From NCBI GenBank assembly GCA_030704615.1, contig CM060733.1:3844001-3908000 (forward strand): 64,000 nt of DNA, in the 5' to 3' direction. The position numbers and the translations under genes were made by a program. The stretch is from Takakia lepidozioides (taxonomy: Eukaryota; Plantae; Bryophyta). Under the pieces are notes generated by a model. The model had not been told where the DNA came from, did not search any database, and saw only the letters and a program-made list of their open reading frames with translations. This document shows, one piece after another, positions 62,366 to 64,000 of this stretch (position 1 is its first letter; every line of letters begins with the position of its first letter).

Positions 62366-63818
62366 TTGCAAGGACACATTATAATATATGTCCCTATGTT
62401 CATTTGTCCATCCCTTCCCGGTCTTTTCTCTTGGCACCCCATCCGAAAACAACCCAAGTACATCAGGGGGGAGCCGTGGGCGAGACTCCGCCCCCACGGT
62501 CCGGACGATGATGACGATGACAGTGATAGTGACAGTGACAACAACAATGAGCATGGAATTAACCAGGATGATGTGCAAGCCATGGAGGATCTCTTAATGC
62601 ATCATGTGGGCGCTGATGCATCCCATGAAGAGGGAACCCGGCCAATCGATGATCCTGAAATGGCCCCCTCAAATGACATGGAGAGGGAGGCGAGAACTCC
62701 CTTGTACGAAGGGGCGAAAGTGAGTCGACTTTCAACAATCTTACTTTTGCTCAATCTTCAAATTCGATTTGGCATAAGTAATGTTGGGATGTCTGCCATA
62801 ATGCGAACTATTGCAGACTATATCCTTGCTCTACACTTGAAACCCAAGATGCCACGGTCGCGGAAAGAGGCGCGCGAAGTCTTGGACTATGTGGGGATGG
62901 GCTATAAGATTTTTCATGCATGTCCATGTGATAAAACCCTATACTACGGAGAGGATTCGCATCTCACCAAGTGCCCAAAGTGCAAGAAATACCGATATCG
63001 GGATGATGTCCAAGGGAAAAAAGTACCACGCAAGGACGTTTAAGCGTCATTCCCCCTCGCATGGAGATTATTTTCTTTCATCTTCTCAATGTATGTAAAG
63101 TGTATTCCACAAAGTTTAGGGTTTAGAGAGTAGTACTCATGCAAGATCTGATTGTGGTTTTGGAATGAGTGAGTGAGTGGAAGGAGCGACGTTTGGTTTT
63201 GACCATTCACACCCAAATGAGGGAGAGGCTGCATAAAGGGAAAGACATAAGGGTGTTGTATTATGTGTGCTAATGGGATGATTACATGTGGGGGGCGTGG
63301 GGTATTTCATCCTAGAAAATGCATTACTTTCTGATCATCCCGCGATTGAGAGCAACCCTACTCATCGTCCCTCCGATGAGCCTTTTTCATGGCCTTCAGA
63401 CATGGAGCAAGTTTTCTTCTCCGATGACAAAACAAGAGGGGGGAATTGGAAGGTGGTTATGCATGCTCAGCCAATAGGAAGACGTATCTATCATGGTCTC
63501 GGATCTCCATGGGGTGAGGCAATTACGGTGGACGGAGAGACTGGTCATAATGATGCTGATGATGGAGGTTGGGTAGAGGGGGTAGAAGAGGATGATGACG
63601 CCCCGGACAATGCATCCTAGACCCTATATGATGAGGCTCTAGAAGATACGGATGTTGGAGAAGGAGACGAAGACACGGCCATTGACAACGAGGTGGAGGA
63701 TGATTCGGAGGTGCCTTTTGAGGGCCGGGCCATTTATGACGATGACTCCGATGACCAAGAAGACTTGCAGCTTGATGAGTATGAAGAGGCTCCGGATGAT
63801 GATGTTCAAGTTGATTAG
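62366..63818 (+). pseudogene. CACTA Tnp2 transposase with the catalytic core deleted
   Basis: 62366-63043 gives TPLYEG..SRLSTILLLLNLQ..MPRSRKEAREVL..GMGYKIFHACPCDKTLY..CPKCKKYRY..KVPRK (Tnp2 N-terminus). 63288-63620 gives DEPF..QVFFSDD..WKVV (DUF4216-like), then an acidic tail with an internal TAG. The several hundred core residues normally between them are absent. Confidence 0.85.
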
Positions 63819-64000
63819 ACACAAAATCAAAGCTACATAACAATTCTCGCACCGAACTGGACCCATCCCTTCGATTGATTGTACATGTACATGCATATTG
63901 TACTTTATTTCTATGATTCATCAAATATGGCTGTGGCTGGTAGTTTTTCAAGAAAGAAGGCAGAGGCAATGAATATGTTGGAGCAACACATACAGATGTG

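Larger units (their letters stand above)
59055..64000 (+). mobile_element. CACTA (En/Spm) DNA transposon, left part, running off the window end
   Basis: Terminus-like CACTTAGGGGAAAAAAA at 59055, followed by clustered GCGACG/CGTCGC subterminal repeats in both orientations (about 59085-59312). Downstream are a Tnp2 N-terminal region and a DUF4216-like remnant. The left boundary is inferred (one extra T relative to CACTA). Confidence 0.75.

Overview
Nuclear DNA of a land plant, probably a non-seed plant such as a bryophyte. This is inferred from GT-AG spliced genes, a highly homogeneous PLS-DYW PPR, and an intron-containing PPO with a secretory-type leader. Bases 1-50.5 kb are gene-dense. They hold a DM13/DOMON/cytochrome b561 gene (+), a P-class PPR (-), a DYW-type RNA-editing PPR (+), allene oxide cyclase (-), RNA Pol I subunit RPA49 (+), PP4 regulatory subunit R2 (-), a taspase-like threonine aspartase (+) and a disabled polyphenol oxidase (+). 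Six of these genes form three head-to-head pairs. Scattered among them are fragments of a (GA)n/(TC)n-associated LINE family and a nest of a tRNA-derived SINE, an hAT MITE and a Harbinger-like MITE. From about 50.7 kb the window is mobile-element territory, and the two most unusual objects lie there. (i) A Gypsy/Ginger-type integrase with no RT or RNase H, apparently fused N-terminally to an SRA/YDG-like domain and divergently paired with a 536-aa orphan ORF. (ii) A CACTA (En/Spm) element with an internally deleted Tnp2 but an intact SET-domain ORF. All domain calls are by-eye motif recognition and need profile searches. Exon coordinates were derived manually.
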